Part shown: one piece after another, positions 30,404-40,679 of the stretch
How the letters are laid out: every line of letters starts with the position of its first letter
Position numbering within the stretch: the first letter of the stretch is position 1
IMG/VR virus record: IMGVR_UViG_3300020395_000008
Span: 1-59,730 of that record
Direction: 5' to 3' (one strand)
Length of the DNA stretch: 59,730 bases
Source: a virus
Lineage: Duplodnaviria; Caudoviricetes
Translations under genes and position numbers: made by a program
The notes under the pieces: model-generated
Told to the model about the DNA's origin: nothing
The model's database searches: none
Seen by the model: the letters and a program-made list of their open reading frames with translations, nothing else

Positions 30404-31039
30404 ATGCAAAATCTATATGACTTGATTATAATTAGAGAAAATGTGGTTCCTCAAGAACATATAGAGGAATTGATGTTTTTGACTAATAGTGAGGATACAT
30501 CCCAAGCAACGGTTTTTAAGGAAGAAACTGAAGGAAAAAGCATAGATAGAAAAGAAGATAAAGGAAGGGAAGATTTAAAAATTAGAAATACTTTATGGTA
30601 TCCCATACCTGATGAACAGTGTGCTAAATTGGAAGGAGGTATTTCTCAAGCTTATTTTAATCATGTTCAACCAAAGTATAATTGTGAGTTTAAGAATTAT
30701 GAACCAGCACAATTTCTTGGTTATCCAGTAGGAGGACATTATCTGCAGCATATTGATGGAGAACAAATAAATCGTCAAACTGGAGAATGGGAACCAGCTT
30801 TAGATAGAGATGTTTCCTTTTTATTTTATTTGAACAATGAGTATGGAGGAGGAGAAATTGAGTTTCCTACTTTAGGGTTGACTATTAAACCCAAAAAAGG
30901 TATGATGATAGCATTCCCTTCTTATAAGGAATTTCCTCATAAGGTACATCCTGTTACATGGGGACATAGATACACATTGGTTAGTTGGATATCAACAAAA
31001 GAAAAACTTTATGACACCATTCCAAAAACAGGGGTTTGA
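30404..31039 (+). CDS. 2OG-Fe(II) oxygenase, prolyl-4-hydroxylase-like
   Basis: HID, FYLNNEYGGGEIEF, FPS..HKVHPVTWGHRY. Confidence 0.9.
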   Translation: MQNLYDLIIIRENVVPQEHIEELMFLTNSEDTSQATVFKEETEGKSIDRKEDKGREDLKIRNTLWYPIPDEQCAKLEGGISQAYFNHVQPKYNCEFKNYEPAQFLGYPVGGHYLQHIDGEQINRQTGEWEPALDRDVSFLFYLNNEYGGGEIEFPTLGLTIKPKKGMMIAFPSYKEFPHKVHPVTWGHRYTLVSWISTKEKLYDTIPKTGV

Positions 31040-31571
31040 GGTAGTAAAGGGGTATATTCCTCCTTTTTTTTCCACTTACCTTAGAAATTATTTTACTCTT
31101 AGAGCACAAATTGATCCTACTTTAACGGGTGATCCTCAAGCTCCTAACTCTCATTGTGTTTATGGAGATCCTGCATTTGAAATGGTAATGGCTATGTCAA
31201 CCATTGATATACAAAATATAGTAGGTAAGAATCTTATACCACAATATACCTATGCAAGAATCTATAAGAATGGTTCTGTCCTTAAAAGGCATAGTGATAG
31301 ACCTGAGTGTCAATACTCCATCACTCTATGCTTAGGTGGAGAGTATGATAAGCACTGGCCTATATGGATAAATGATTATTCTGGTAAAAGTCATGAGGTT
31401 CCACTTGACGAGGGAGACATGGTGGTCTATCATGGGACAGCGTTAGAACATTGGAGAGATAAATTTGAAGGTACTACACAGTATCAACTCTTTATGCATT
31501 ATGTGGATGCACAGGGTGAATTTAAGGATAGAGTATTTGATGGTAGACCTAATCTTGGAATGGAAAAATGA
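31011..31571 (+). CDS. 2OG-Fe(II) oxygenase
   Basis: YARIY..GSVLKRHSDRPECQYSITL, GD.VVY.G..LEHWR, QLFMHYV. Confidence 0.87.
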   Translation: MTPFQKQGFEVVKGYIPPFFSTYLRNYFTLRAQIDPTLTGDPQAPNSHCVYGDPAFEMVMAMSTIDIQNIVGKNLIPQYTYARIYKNGSVLKRHSDRPECQYSITLCLGGEYDKHWPIWINDYSGKSHEVPLDEGDMVVYHGTALEHWRDKFEGTTQYQLFMHYVDAQGEFKDRVFDGRPNLGMEK

Positions 31572-32878
31572 ACATGATACCTCAGTTAATTGGAGAACTT
31601 TTTCAGGGAAGGGAATATCCTGCTGCACGAGAACTTGCTATTGCATATTTGAGGCAAAAGGAAGATGATGATATAAGATTTATGCTTGCAGGAATTTACC
31701 ATGAGGAAAAGAAATATGAAGAAGCATTAAAATGTATAGAGAAAGTTCCTCTCAGTGAGATGGTTATTGTTCATAAAGCAAAAATTCTTTATTATCTAGA
31801 AAGAGCACCAGAAGCAGAAGCACTTCTTCGATCTCTTCCTAAAAAATGGAAAAAGGATGAATCATATATGATAGATCTTGGATTGTATATGACAGCTCAA
31901 GGTAAATTAAATCAGACTAGAAAATTAATAGGTCCGATTGCTGATACAAATGTACGTGCTTCATTTAATTATGGTTGGCATTTATTAGCAGAGGACAAAT
32001 TTCAGGAAGGTTATAGGTATATTCGTGCAGGTGCTATAGATGAATTAAGAGTATGGGGACATGAGTGGATATTAAGAAAGGACTATAATATAGGTGAACA
32101 ATATCGGTGGAAACTTGGGGAGGAAGTAGATACGATTGCTTTTTACCTTGAAGGTGGTATGGGTGATGGAATGATATTTGTTCGTTATGTAGAACATCTT
32201 AAAAAGTATTGTAAGACAGTAAAAATATTCTCTCCAAAACAATTGATACCTTTATTAGGGGCATGTGGGTTTCAGAATTTGTATGAACCAAAACAGATAG
32301 TAAAGACTAAGTGGGATAAGTATGTACCTGCTATGTCAGCTCCTTACTTCTTAGGACTCAATGATCCTATGGAAGGTGTGACTTTTCCATATTTTAAAAA
32401 GAAAGCAAATCCTGTTCCAGAAATGAATCGGATTGCAAATGGTAAAAAGAAAATTTGTATTCGTTGGAAAGGAAGTGCTCAGTTTGAACATGAGCAGTTT
32501 AGAAGTATTCCTATAGAAAAGATGTTGGGACTTGAAAAGTTTGGACAGTTATTTTCTATTCAACTTGAAGATAGTGATTTACCTAAGAATGCAAATGTAT
32601 GGGATCTTGCTCCTAGTATTAAAACATGGAATGATACCTATGATATCTTTGCAGAATCTGATTTGGTGATTACTTCTTGTACTTCTGTTGCTCATTTAGC
32701 TGGTGCAATGGGAGTACGGGTGATAGTATTACCTCCTTTAAATTCATATATTACATGGAATACAAAAGAGATGAGATGGTATCCTGATAACGTTGTGGTA
32801 TTGCAGCAAATGGAGTATAATAGTTGGGATAAGACCATAGATAAACTATACGAAATGATGGAGAACTGGGAATGGTAG
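31568..32878 (+). CDS. TPR-containing GT-B glycosyltransferase (GT9/heptosyltransferase-like)
   Basis: N-terminal TPRs, EGGMGDGMIFVRY, W.G...RSIP, DLVITSCTSVAHLAGAMG, WY. Confidence 0.85.
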   Translation: MNMIPQLIGELFQGREYPAARELAIAYLRQKEDDDIRFMLAGIYHEEKKYEEALKCIEKVPLSEMVIVHKAKILYYLERAPEAEALLRSLPKKWKKDESYMIDLGLYMTAQGKLNQTRKLIGPIADTNVRASFNYGWHLLAEDKFQEGYRYIRAGAIDELRVWGHEWILRKDYNIGEQYRWKLGEEVDTIAFYLEGGMGDGMIFVRYVEHLKKYCKTVKIFSPKQLIPLLGACGFQNLYEPKQIVKTKWDKYVPAMSAPYFLGLNDPMEGVTFPYFKKKANPVPEMNRIANGKKKICIRWKGSAQFEHEQFRSIPIEKMLGLEKFGQLFSIQLEDSDLPKNANVWDLAPSIKTWNDTYDIFAESDLVITSCTSVAHLAGAMGVRVIVLPPLNSYITWNTKEMRWYPDNVVVLQQMEYNSWDKTIDKLYEMMENWEW

Positions 32879-33495
32879 AACAAATAGAAACTATGAAATA
32901 TGACTTATTCCCTACTCATATAGTAAGGAGTAAGTGTCCATCCATCACACCAGAGGATAAGCAAGAGATGATGGCTTGCACTGACTGGATGATAGAGCAG
33001 AAGATGTATACTGAGAGTGAATTAGTACCTAAGTATCAAACTCATGTAATGTTATTCAGAGATGATGCACCACCTATCTGGAAGAAGTTGAGAGAAGAAT
33101 TTTATAATGCATGTAGGAATTATCTGCAGAATGTAGATAGTTTTTGTAGTAATCAGGATGCATTGGACTTTACTGGTTCAGGTGCATGGGTATATAAAGG
33201 ATGGAAGTCTATAGATCAGCAAGAAACTAATCCTTGGCATGATCATAACCCTTCATTCTTATCTGGTGTATATTATCTACATGATCCTGGTGATGGAACC
33301 ACTGGAGGCACTGAGTTTCATGATCCAAGAAAGGCAGAAGCACAGGGAACCAGAATGCAAGAGATCTTACCAATAGAGAATACATGGATTATATTTCCTG
33401 GTTGGTTGGCTCATCGGAGTAGACAGTTACCATTAGAAGCACCAAGATATGTGGTTTCGGGTAATTTGTATGTGAAAGTAAGGGATGGATTATGA
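32872..33495 (+). CDS. putative 2OG-Fe(II) oxygenase (TIGR02466-like)
   Basis: LFPT start, WHDH..SFLSGVYY, F.DPR, IIFPGWLAH, RYVVSGN. Confidence 0.85.
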   Translation: MVEQIETMKYDLFPTHIVRSKCPSITPEDKQEMMACTDWMIEQKMYTESELVPKYQTHVMLFRDDAPPIWKKLREEFYNACRNYLQNVDSFCSNQDALDFTGSGAWVYKGWKSIDQQETNPWHDHNPSFLSGVYYLHDPGDGTTGGTEFHDPRKAEAQGTRMQEILPIENTWIIFPGWLAHRSRQLPLEAPRYVVSGNLYVKVRDGL

Positions 33496-34190
33496 AAAGA
33501 GCCATATTTACATTTTATAATCTTTCTCTTGATATTGATATCGTAAGACTTCAGGCAGAGGTAGTTAATAAACTTAATACAACAGCAGACTTTCTTCCGT
33601 TATGTTCTCAGACACATGGAGAGGAAGTTATTCATCCTGATGCGGTTGATTATGGATTTACTCAATTGTTTGTAGAGAAGAAGTATGATACTGTTCTTTT
33701 ATTAGATGTGGATTGTATTCCTTTAAATGCTTATGCACTTGAATATACTTTTGAGCAAGCAGAGAAAGGTAAGTTGATTGGTAATGTACAGAGAGGAATG
33801 CATTTAGACAATGATGAGCATAATTATGTTGCACCATCAGCATTTTGTTTGACACGTCAGATGTATGAAGACTTTGGAAGAATGACAGTGAAACCTGATC
33901 ATAGGAAGGCTGATACTTGTGGATATTATACTTATAGAGCACAGGAAAATGGAATAGATGTTGAGATGTACCAACCCACTCACTTTCAACGTAGACCTAA
34001 AGAGGGTGTATGGGATCTTGGGAAAGGTCGTGGAGAATGGGGTATAGGTACTACATATTCAAATCATCTAGGAGTAGAAATGTTCTATCATTTATTTTCT
34101 GCTCGTGAAAAAATATATAATGTTTACTTCTATGATAAATGTGAGAAGATTGTAGGAATAAATAGGTTGAAAGGATCCTCTCAGGTATAA
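33492..34190 (+). CDS. putative GT-A glycosyltransferase
   Basis: YDTVLLLDVDCIPL DxD motif; cluster context. Confidence 0.65.
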   Translation: MKRAIFTFYNLSLDIDIVRLQAEVVNKLNTTADFLPLCSQTHGEEVIHPDAVDYGFTQLFVEKKYDTVLLLDVDCIPLNAYALEYTFEQAEKGKLIGNVQRGMHLDNDEHNYVAPSAFCLTRQMYEDFGRMTVKPDHRKADTCGYYTYRAQENGIDVEMYQPTHFQRRPKEGVWDLGKGRGEWGIGTTYSNHLGVEMFYHLFSAREKIYNVYFYDKCEKIVGINRLKGSSQV

Positions 34191-35419
34191 TGGCAGAACT
34201 TAGACAAAATACTTGGACATTAAATCAATGGTATGATCAGGATGTGGCAGGAGATGCGAAGTATGCGGCCGCAGGTAAATTATGGGCATGGGGATATAAT
34301 TTATATGGACAATTAGGACAGAATCAAAGTGGACCTACAGCAAGTTATTCATCACCAATTCAAATAGGAACTGATACTAATTGGAGTAAGGTAGCGAATA
34401 ATGGTTACAACAATATGTTTGGCATGAAACAGGATGGAAGTTTATGGGCATGGGGAAGGAACTCAACTTACATAGGAGGTGGATCTTTAGGACTTAATGA
34501 TGCTATAGATCGTTCATCACCAACTCAATTACCTGGTACAGGGTGGCAGATGACTCGTGATACTTTTAATTCGGGTTATGGGGCTACAAGTGCCATAAAA
34601 GAAAATGGATCATTATGGATATGGGGATCTAATCAAGAGGCACAATTAGGTCTTCCAAGAGTTGCACCTTATTGGTATTATCTATTAGAGTATTCATCAC
34701 CTGTTCAACTTCCTGGAAATTATTCCAAAACGAGATATGGGAGTAGACTGAGTACTGGTGGAGCATTGTCGATGTGGGGTGCTAATCAATTTGGTGAATG
34801 TGGGCAAAACACTGGTCCTACAACACCAATGGGTGCTTATTCATCACCTGTTCAAATACCAGGTACTTGGTCTGATTTTATGAGAACTAATAATGCACCC
34901 TATCAATCTTGTAGTGGAATTAAAAGTGATGGAACCTTATGGGCATGGGGATATGGTGGTGAGGGAGCATTGGGACTAAATGATAGATCATATCGTTCAT
35001 CACCAACTCAAGTACCAGGTACGTGGTTAAGATGTGCTAGTGGAAATCAAGGCGTTTATCAAGCATGGCAAAAACCTGATGGATCTATATGGTTTGCAGG
35101 AGGTTCTACATCCCCCTACATTAACTTTGGATATCCTGGTAAGAGATCCTCACCCACACAAGTTCCTGGTACAATGATACCATCAATAAGTCATTTTGTT
35201 ATTGGTGGTCAAGGACTCTTTTTAGATGTACCTAATAGTAAAAATTATGTTACTGGTCCTAATGGTCAAGGTAAACAGGGAAATAATACTACCCCTGGTG
35301 GATATGCAGATGTAACTTATGTTCCTTCGGTATGGGATAAGTTTAAAGATAGTGGGATGGGTATAGATCAGATAGGAAATGCAAATTCTGACTCAAACTT
35401 TGCCATTGAACAACAATAA
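34190..35419 (+). CDS. RCC1-like beta-propeller protein
   Basis: LWAWG.N.YGQLG...SSPxQ repeats; AATAAATA late-like core at 34157-34164. Confidence 0.87.
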   Translation: MAELRQNTWTLNQWYDQDVAGDAKYAAAGKLWAWGYNLYGQLGQNQSGPTASYSSPIQIGTDTNWSKVANNGYNNMFGMKQDGSLWAWGRNSTYIGGGSLGLNDAIDRSSPTQLPGTGWQMTRDTFNSGYGATSAIKENGSLWIWGSNQEAQLGLPRVAPYWYYLLEYSSPVQLPGNYSKTRYGSRLSTGGALSMWGANQFGECGQNTGPTTPMGAYSSPVQIPGTWSDFMRTNNAPYQSCSGIKSDGTLWAWGYGGEGALGLNDRSYRSSPTQVPGTWLRCASGNQGVYQAWQKPDGSIWFAGGSTSPYINFGYPGKRSSPTQVPGTMIPSISHFVIGGQGLFLDVPNSKNYVTGPNGQGKQGNNTTPGGYADVTYVPSVWDKFKDSGMGIDQIGNANSDSNFAIEQQ

Positions 35420-35439
35420 ATAATCAAAATCACTTTATT

Positions 35440-36273
35440 ATGCAACAACTTCATTATTGTCTAGGTCTTCCTAGAACTTGCTCATCAGTCATTATGAACA
35501 TACTGAATGAGAATCCAAGAATATTTACAACAGGCACATGCTGTACGCCTTATCTGGTAGATGCATGTCAGAAAAGATCAGGAGAAGTATCTGAATTTTT
35601 AGCATTAGATAAAGAGGTATTAAAGAAGTCATATATTAACTTCCTACGTCAGGGAATGAAGGGATGGTTTGAGGCGATGACTGATAAACCTATTGTCTTT
35701 TCCAAGTCAAGGGTATGGTCAGAGTGGCTTCCTCATACTTTTGCAATAGATCCTAACTCTAAGTATCTGGTGATACTGAGAGATCTAAGAGATATTATTT
35801 GTTCTTTTGATTCTCTTCTATGGAAGTTTCCTCAAGTCACTTATGGTGATAGAGAGAAACAATTCTATCAAGAATCATTTGAGCATAGAATGGAGATGTA
35901 TTGTCGGGATATAACATCTCTTTTAGGTCGGCCATTAAAAGTGCTTCCACATGTATTAGAAGTAGCACAGAAGAATCCAGGTAGTTTTTTCATATGTAAA
36001 CATGAGCATTTCAATGAGAATCCAAGAGAAACATTGAGAATGATATATGAATGGATAGGAGAACCAAACTTTGAACATGATTTTGATAATATTCCAGAAC
36101 CAGATTATAAGGAGAATGATTCAGTTTACAGATCTTTAGTGTATCATAAGACAGGAACTAAATTAAAGAAGTTAGAACCAAGATGGCCAAAGATTATGAC
36201 AGAAGAGCAATCTAAGGCAGTCATTACAAACAATCTATCTTACTATCAAACATTTTATCCTGAAGTATTATGA
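35440..36273 (+). CDS. sulfotransferase family protein
   Basis: GLPRTCSS (PAPS 5'-PSB-like), KSR.W, RDLRDIICSF (3'-PB); late-like core AATAAATA at 35415-35422. Confidence 0.82.
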   Translation: MQQLHYCLGLPRTCSSVIMNILNENPRIFTTGTCCTPYLVDACQKRSGEVSEFLALDKEVLKKSYINFLRQGMKGWFEAMTDKPIVFSKSRVWSEWLPHTFAIDPNSKYLVILRDLRDIICSFDSLLWKFPQVTYGDREKQFYQESFEHRMEMYCRDITSLLGRPLKVLPHVLEVAQKNPGSFFICKHEHFNENPRETLRMIYEWIGEPNFEHDFDNIPEPDYKENDSVYRSLVYHKTGTKLKKLEPRWPKIMTEEQSKAVITNNLSYYQTFYPEVL

Positions 36274-36998
36274 ATTATTTTAATCATTATAAGATGGAGG
36301 TAGAGGGAACTTATATTATTTCTATTCAAGGTAATGAACTTTCTCACCAACTAACTCACCAATGTCTTGATTCTTGTGAAAAGGTAGGACAACCTAATGT
36401 TCGTTTATTTCCTGCATTTGATGCTACTGATTCTCCAATTGAACAACAAGATTATGATTTGGGTCAACCTATAGGTGAATTGGGAAGCATTAAGGTTCCT
36501 GAAATGCTTAAGGATCAATCATTTATTAATTTTTTAAGATTACGTAGATCTGATCTTTTAATGACTCAGATTGCGTGTTTTCTTTCTCATTATTCATTAT
36601 GGTGTAGGTGTTTAGAACTTGATAAACCTATTGTAATCTTAGAACATGATGCTATAATGGTAAAACCTTATCTCAAGCATATGTATTATAATAATATAGT
36701 ATACTTAGGTGGTATAGAGCAAGTAGAAGGGGATTTTCATTCTAATACTCCTATTCCTCCTCATGCATCGGATCAGAAAGGATTAGATAGATTTATTTGT
36801 AGGGCTCATGCATATGCTATTGATCCTGCGATTGCTAAGAATTTGGTAGCATATTCTATACATCATGGTATTATAACTACTGCAGACGCAATTATGAGAT
36901 GTGACATGTTTGGAATTGTTCAGGATGGAGTATATGCTTATGATAATAATCATGGGTTATCTACAATCACAGAAGATGGGAAGGTAGCAAACACATGA
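36270..36998 (+). CDS. glycosyltransferase family 25-like
   Basis: YIIS, FPAFD, IACFLSHYSLW, PIVILEHDA, AHAYAI.P..AK.L. Confidence 0.85.
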   Translation: MNYFNHYKMEVEGTYIISIQGNELSHQLTHQCLDSCEKVGQPNVRLFPAFDATDSPIEQQDYDLGQPIGELGSIKVPEMLKDQSFINFLRLRRSDLLMTQIACFLSHYSLWCRCLELDKPIVILEHDAIMVKPYLKHMYYNNIVYLGGIEQVEGDFHSNTPIPPHASDQKGLDRFICRAHAYAIDPAIAKNLVAYSIHHGIITTADAIMRCDMFGIVQDGVYAYDNNHGLSTITEDGKVANT

Positions 36999-37573
36999 CC
37001 AGTCGATTTGAGATACAACATGTTAATAAACCAATGGCAGTTTTTACTACCATTTTAGATGGTCATGTAGAACTTAATAAGTATCTAAAGGAAGTGATAC
37101 TGGAACACCGACAGAAATTTCCAGAGTCAATTAAGAGTAATGTTAAGGCATGGCACAGTTCATGGGTAACTCACCAACAGAATCCAAAGTTTCAACCACT
37201 TGTAGATCTAACTCTTGATGCATGTAACTTTATTACTGAAGGATATTATAATACTGCATCTGATCTTCGATTTAGGGTTCTTAATTTCTGGGCTATGATG
37301 TATGAAGATACTGAGTGGACAAAGAGACATTCCCATTTTCCGTCTGATTTTGCTGCTGTATATTATGTGGATGTAGAACCAGGTTGTGCTCCTGTTATTT
37401 TTGAAAGTGTGCAAAAAGATGGAATTAATGATAATAATCAACCATTGACACTTCAACCCCAAAATGGTATGCTTGCAATATGGCCAGCGATTTTACATCA
37501 TGAAGTTCCACCTACAAAAGGAAGAAGAATGTGTATTTCTATGAATATTGATAAAGGAGAAAGAAATGTTTAA
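36995..37573 (+). CDS. putative 2OG-Fe(II) oxygenase (TIGR02466-like)
   Basis: HSH...AAVYYV, WPAILHHEVPP, RMCISMN. Confidence 0.85.
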   Translation: MTSRFEIQHVNKPMAVFTTILDGHVELNKYLKEVILEHRQKFPESIKSNVKAWHSSWVTHQQNPKFQPLVDLTLDACNFITEGYYNTASDLRFRVLNFWAMMYEDTEWTKRHSHFPSDFAAVYYVDVEPGCAPVIFESVQKDGINDNNQPLTLQPQNGMLAIWPAILHHEVPPTKGRRMCISMNIDKGERNV

Positions 37574-38177
37574 TCATTCCCATTTACCTAATCCAGGTGT
37601 TACTAATGGTACAATTCCTATAGAGATATATCAGGCTCTTAACCAAGAGATAGTAGATATTAATACTGATGATAGTAATACTATGAAGATGAATATGCAT
37701 CTTGCAGGACAGATCACAAAAGAATATCAAATTACAAAAAGTAGACAACTTCTTGATCCATATCTAGAAGAGATGGGTAGAGCATATCAAAAAGAATGGG
37801 ATTATTATCCTAAAGAGAATCCAAATGCAGATTTAAAAGTTGAATCAGTATGGGTTAATATGCAAAGGAAATTAGAGGTGAATCCTCTCCATAATCATGA
37901 TGGTACTCTTAGTTTTGTTGCATGGTTACATGTTCCATTTAAATTAGAAGATGAAAGAAACATGCAGAATTGTAAAAACTCAAGAACAGTGAAATTAGCA
38001 TCTACTTTTCAGTTTGTTTATACTCAGGTATTAGGTAATGTTGTAAATTTTCCATTGTTCGTTGAAAATGGGTGGGAAGGAAGAATCGTAATGTTCCCTT
38101 CTTCGCTTTTACATATAGTATATCCTTTTCAGAGTAGTGACGATTATAGAATTTCTATTGCAGGTAACTTACATTAA
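37566..38177 (+). CDS. putative 2OG-Fe(II) oxygenase
   Basis: WVNMQ...NPLHNHDG.LSFV.W, FPS.L.H.VYPF, RISIAGN; ATG at 37566 preferred over 37548. Confidence 0.87.
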   Translation: MFNHSHLPNPGVTNGTIPIEIYQALNQEIVDINTDDSNTMKMNMHLAGQITKEYQITKSRQLLDPYLEEMGRAYQKEWDYYPKENPNADLKVESVWVNMQRKLEVNPLHNHDGTLSFVAWLHVPFKLEDERNMQNCKNSRTVKLASTFQFVYTQVLGNVVNFPLFVENGWEGRIVMFPSSLLHIVYPFQSSDDYRISIAGNLH

Positions 38178-39133
38178 TGCTTCATATTATTACCAGAACA
38201 TGTGATAAAGCTTCAATCCAATCAGAAAGGATTGTGAATAAGACAGAGTGTGCTCTTCGGTGTGTCAACTCTGTTCTTAAGAATATGGAGAATCTTGAGG
38301 AGGTAGATTATCATATTATTGATGATCGATCTAGTGAATATTTTAGAGATAGTCTTAAAAAAATATGCGACGAGTCAAAGCAGAAAGTTACATTTAATTT
38401 TTTAGAAGATAGAGATACGGAAGGACAAAATCCTCATATACAGTCAAGATTTTCTGTAAAGGTGGCTTATGATTACATTTATAATTTACCTGATGAAGAT
38501 TTTGTATATATTGTAGATGATGATCATCTTCATTATCCTGATGCCCTTAAAAAGATGATGGTAACATGGGAATATTTAGATAATTTAGTAAATTTTATCA
38601 CTCCTCGTGATCAATATAGAAAAAAATTATGGGCAGAAGGAGTGAGTTATGAGGATACAGACTTGAAAGTGGAAAAGTTTAATGAAAGAACTGACGAAGA
38701 TATTGGTATCTTTCCTCAGTGTTTTGTTCAGATGTTTCCTTATGATAAAAATTTAACTCTTGATTTTTATGTAGGTTCCTGTGTAGTAGTCCCTACACCA
38801 ACAGGGTATTATAGAACAACATGGTATACTCACGAAACATTTATGCTTAAGGCAAAGGTATTTAAGAAACATAAAGAAACTTTTGATAGATTGCAATTAA
38901 CAGGAACTCCTGCAGCTGGATGGGAAGGTGATACTATTAGTAAGTTATGGGAAAACCATGTTAGAATGTTTATGCCTTTAAATCCATCGGTAATGCACAT
39001 GTCAGTTTCAAGAGATCTTCCCTTTACATGGCAACCTCAAGATCTTATGGCGTTATGGGACGAAAACCAAACATCATATTCAATACCTGAAAATTCAATT
39101 GTTAAATTAGACCCTACGGAGATTATTTTATAA
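38177..39133 (+). CDS. GT2-like glycosyltransferase
   Basis: IIDDRSS and VYIVDDDHLH motifs. Confidence 0.75.
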   Translation: MLHIITRTCDKASIQSERIVNKTECALRCVNSVLKNMENLEEVDYHIIDDRSSEYFRDSLKKICDESKQKVTFNFLEDRDTEGQNPHIQSRFSVKVAYDYIYNLPDEDFVYIVDDDHLHYPDALKKMMVTWEYLDNLVNFITPRDQYRKKLWAEGVSYEDTDLKVEKFNERTDEDIGIFPQCFVQMFPYDKNLTLDFYVGSCVVVPTPTGYYRTTWYTHETFMLKAKVFKKHKETFDRLQLTGTPAAGWEGDTISKLWENHVRMFMPLNPSVMHMSVSRDLPFTWQPQDLMALWDENQTSYSIPENSIVKLDPTEIIL

Positions 39134-39813
39134 TGAGAAAACTTATTCATGTTGTTAATATTAATAATTTCTTTCCAGAATTATTTGCATTAACATATCC
39201 TACCATAAGAACTTATGCAGAAAAGCATGGTTATATGATTAATATGATAACAGAGAGAAAGTTCCCTGATTATCCTCTTCATTATGAGAAGTTTCAGGTG
39301 TATGAGGATGGTAAAGAAGCAGAGGTGAATATTTTATGTGATGCTGATATGCTCATACATCCAGAATTTCCTGATGTAGTAAGTAGATTAAGAAGAGATT
39401 CTATTGCATTCAATGATAATTATAATATTAGTTGGAAGTATCATGTTGAGAGAATACCCTATTTTATGCGAGATGGTAGAGATGTGGGCATAGCAACTAA
39501 CTTTGTTGTAACATCTGATTGGACACATGATGCATGGAAACCTATTCCATTAAGTCCAAAAGAGATTGAAGATCTTGCAAAGAAAGAAGTGACTGAAGGG
39601 GGAAGTGATTCTTCACAAAGAGGATGGGGACACTATGCAGATGAGTTTGCAATATCTTATAACTTAGCAAAGTATGGACTTAAATATACTGGAGTTACGT
39701 GGGAAGATTGGATGAGACCTTGGCTTGTACATACAGGTACGGGTGATAAGAATGAAGCACTTGAGATTGCAAGGAGAACATTAGCACAATGGGCAACTTT
39801 AGAGAACTCTTAG
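39133..39813 (+). CDS. putative GT-A glycosyltransferase
   Basis: YAEKHGY, YEK, ILCDADMLIHP DxD motif. Confidence 0.7.
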   Translation: MRKLIHVVNINNFFPELFALTYPTIRTYAEKHGYMINMITERKFPDYPLHYEKFQVYEDGKEAEVNILCDADMLIHPEFPDVVSRLRRDSIAFNDNYNISWKYHVERIPYFMRDGRDVGIATNFVVTSDWTHDAWKPIPLSPKEIEDLAKKEVTEGGSDSSQRGWGHYADEFAISYNLAKYGLKYTGVTWEDWMRPWLVHTGTGDKNEALEIARRTLAQWATLENS

Positions 39814-40679
39814 AAAAGATGCACTCTGAGAGGATGAGTGATTGTTGGGGTTCATATACACGTCCCCATAAAAAACCTATTTGGGATGGAAAATTTGAAA
39901 AAGGAAAAACAATATTAATTGATGGTGAAGGTGGGAAAGGTGATGAGTTATTTGGTGCAAAGTTCTCTCATAATTTTGTTGAGAGGGGAATGAAAGTTGT
40001 TTTTGCAACTAATTATTGGTCATCCTATAATGTTATTGCAAGAATTAAAAGTATTGATAAGGTGGTTCATGTGTTTGAGTTAGAAGATTATGAGGATTAT
40101 GACTATTGGGTTCCTGTGGGTGAGGTTCCTGTTGCATTGGAGATGACTCAAGATCAAGTACCTACTCATCCATATCTTGAGCCTAATGAAGAGTATCTTA
40201 CTAAATGGAAAAGGATTATACCCTCAAGTGATAAATTTAAGATTGGTGTGAGATGGACAGGCCATCCTAATTTTGAGGATAAAACTATAATTCCTGTAAA
40301 ATATTTTGAAGAATTAGGTTCTCTTCCGAATGTTGAATTATATTCTTTATGCAAGGAACATGGAGTTGATGATGTATCAGACCATTCTAATATTATTCCT
40401 TTATATGAAGAGAATGGTACAGAGTGGTTAGAAACATGGGATGATACATTTGCAGCTATCTCTCAGTTAGATTTAACGATCAGTAGTTCTACATGTATTC
40501 CTATTATATGTGCAGGATTAAATAAACCTATATGGACAGTAGTTCCTGAAGATCCTTATTATTTGTGGTTGCAAGACTTTTGGTTTGGTGATAAAATGAG
40601 AATATATACACAGTCAGTAAAAGGAGATTGGAATCACCCTTTTGAAGATGTTAAAAATGATTTATTAAAGATACTATGA
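39789..40679 (+). CDS. GT9-like glycosyltransferase lacking TPRs (paralogue of 31568..32878)
   Basis: PIWDG..KTILI.GEGGKGD, KIGVRWTG, WDDT.AAISQLDLTIS. Confidence 0.8.
   Translation: MGNFRELLEKMHSERMSDCWGSYTRPHKKPIWDGKFEKGKTILIDGEGGKGDELFGAKFSHNFVERGMKVVFATNYWSSYNVIARIKSIDKVVHVFELEDYEDYDYWVPVGEVPVALEMTQDQVPTHPYLEPNEEYLTKWKRIIPSSDKFKIGVRWTGHPNFEDKTIIPVKYFEELGSLPNVELYSLCKEHGVDDVSDHSNIIPLYEENGTEWLETWDDTFAAISQLDLTISSSTCIPIICAGLNKPIWTVVPEDPYYLWLQDFWFGDKMRIYTQSVKGDWNHPFEDVKNDLLKIL

Noticed and set aside
31064-31071. T8 tract as a phase-variation site
   Set aside because: Expected by chance in AT-rich DNA and the ORF is intact.
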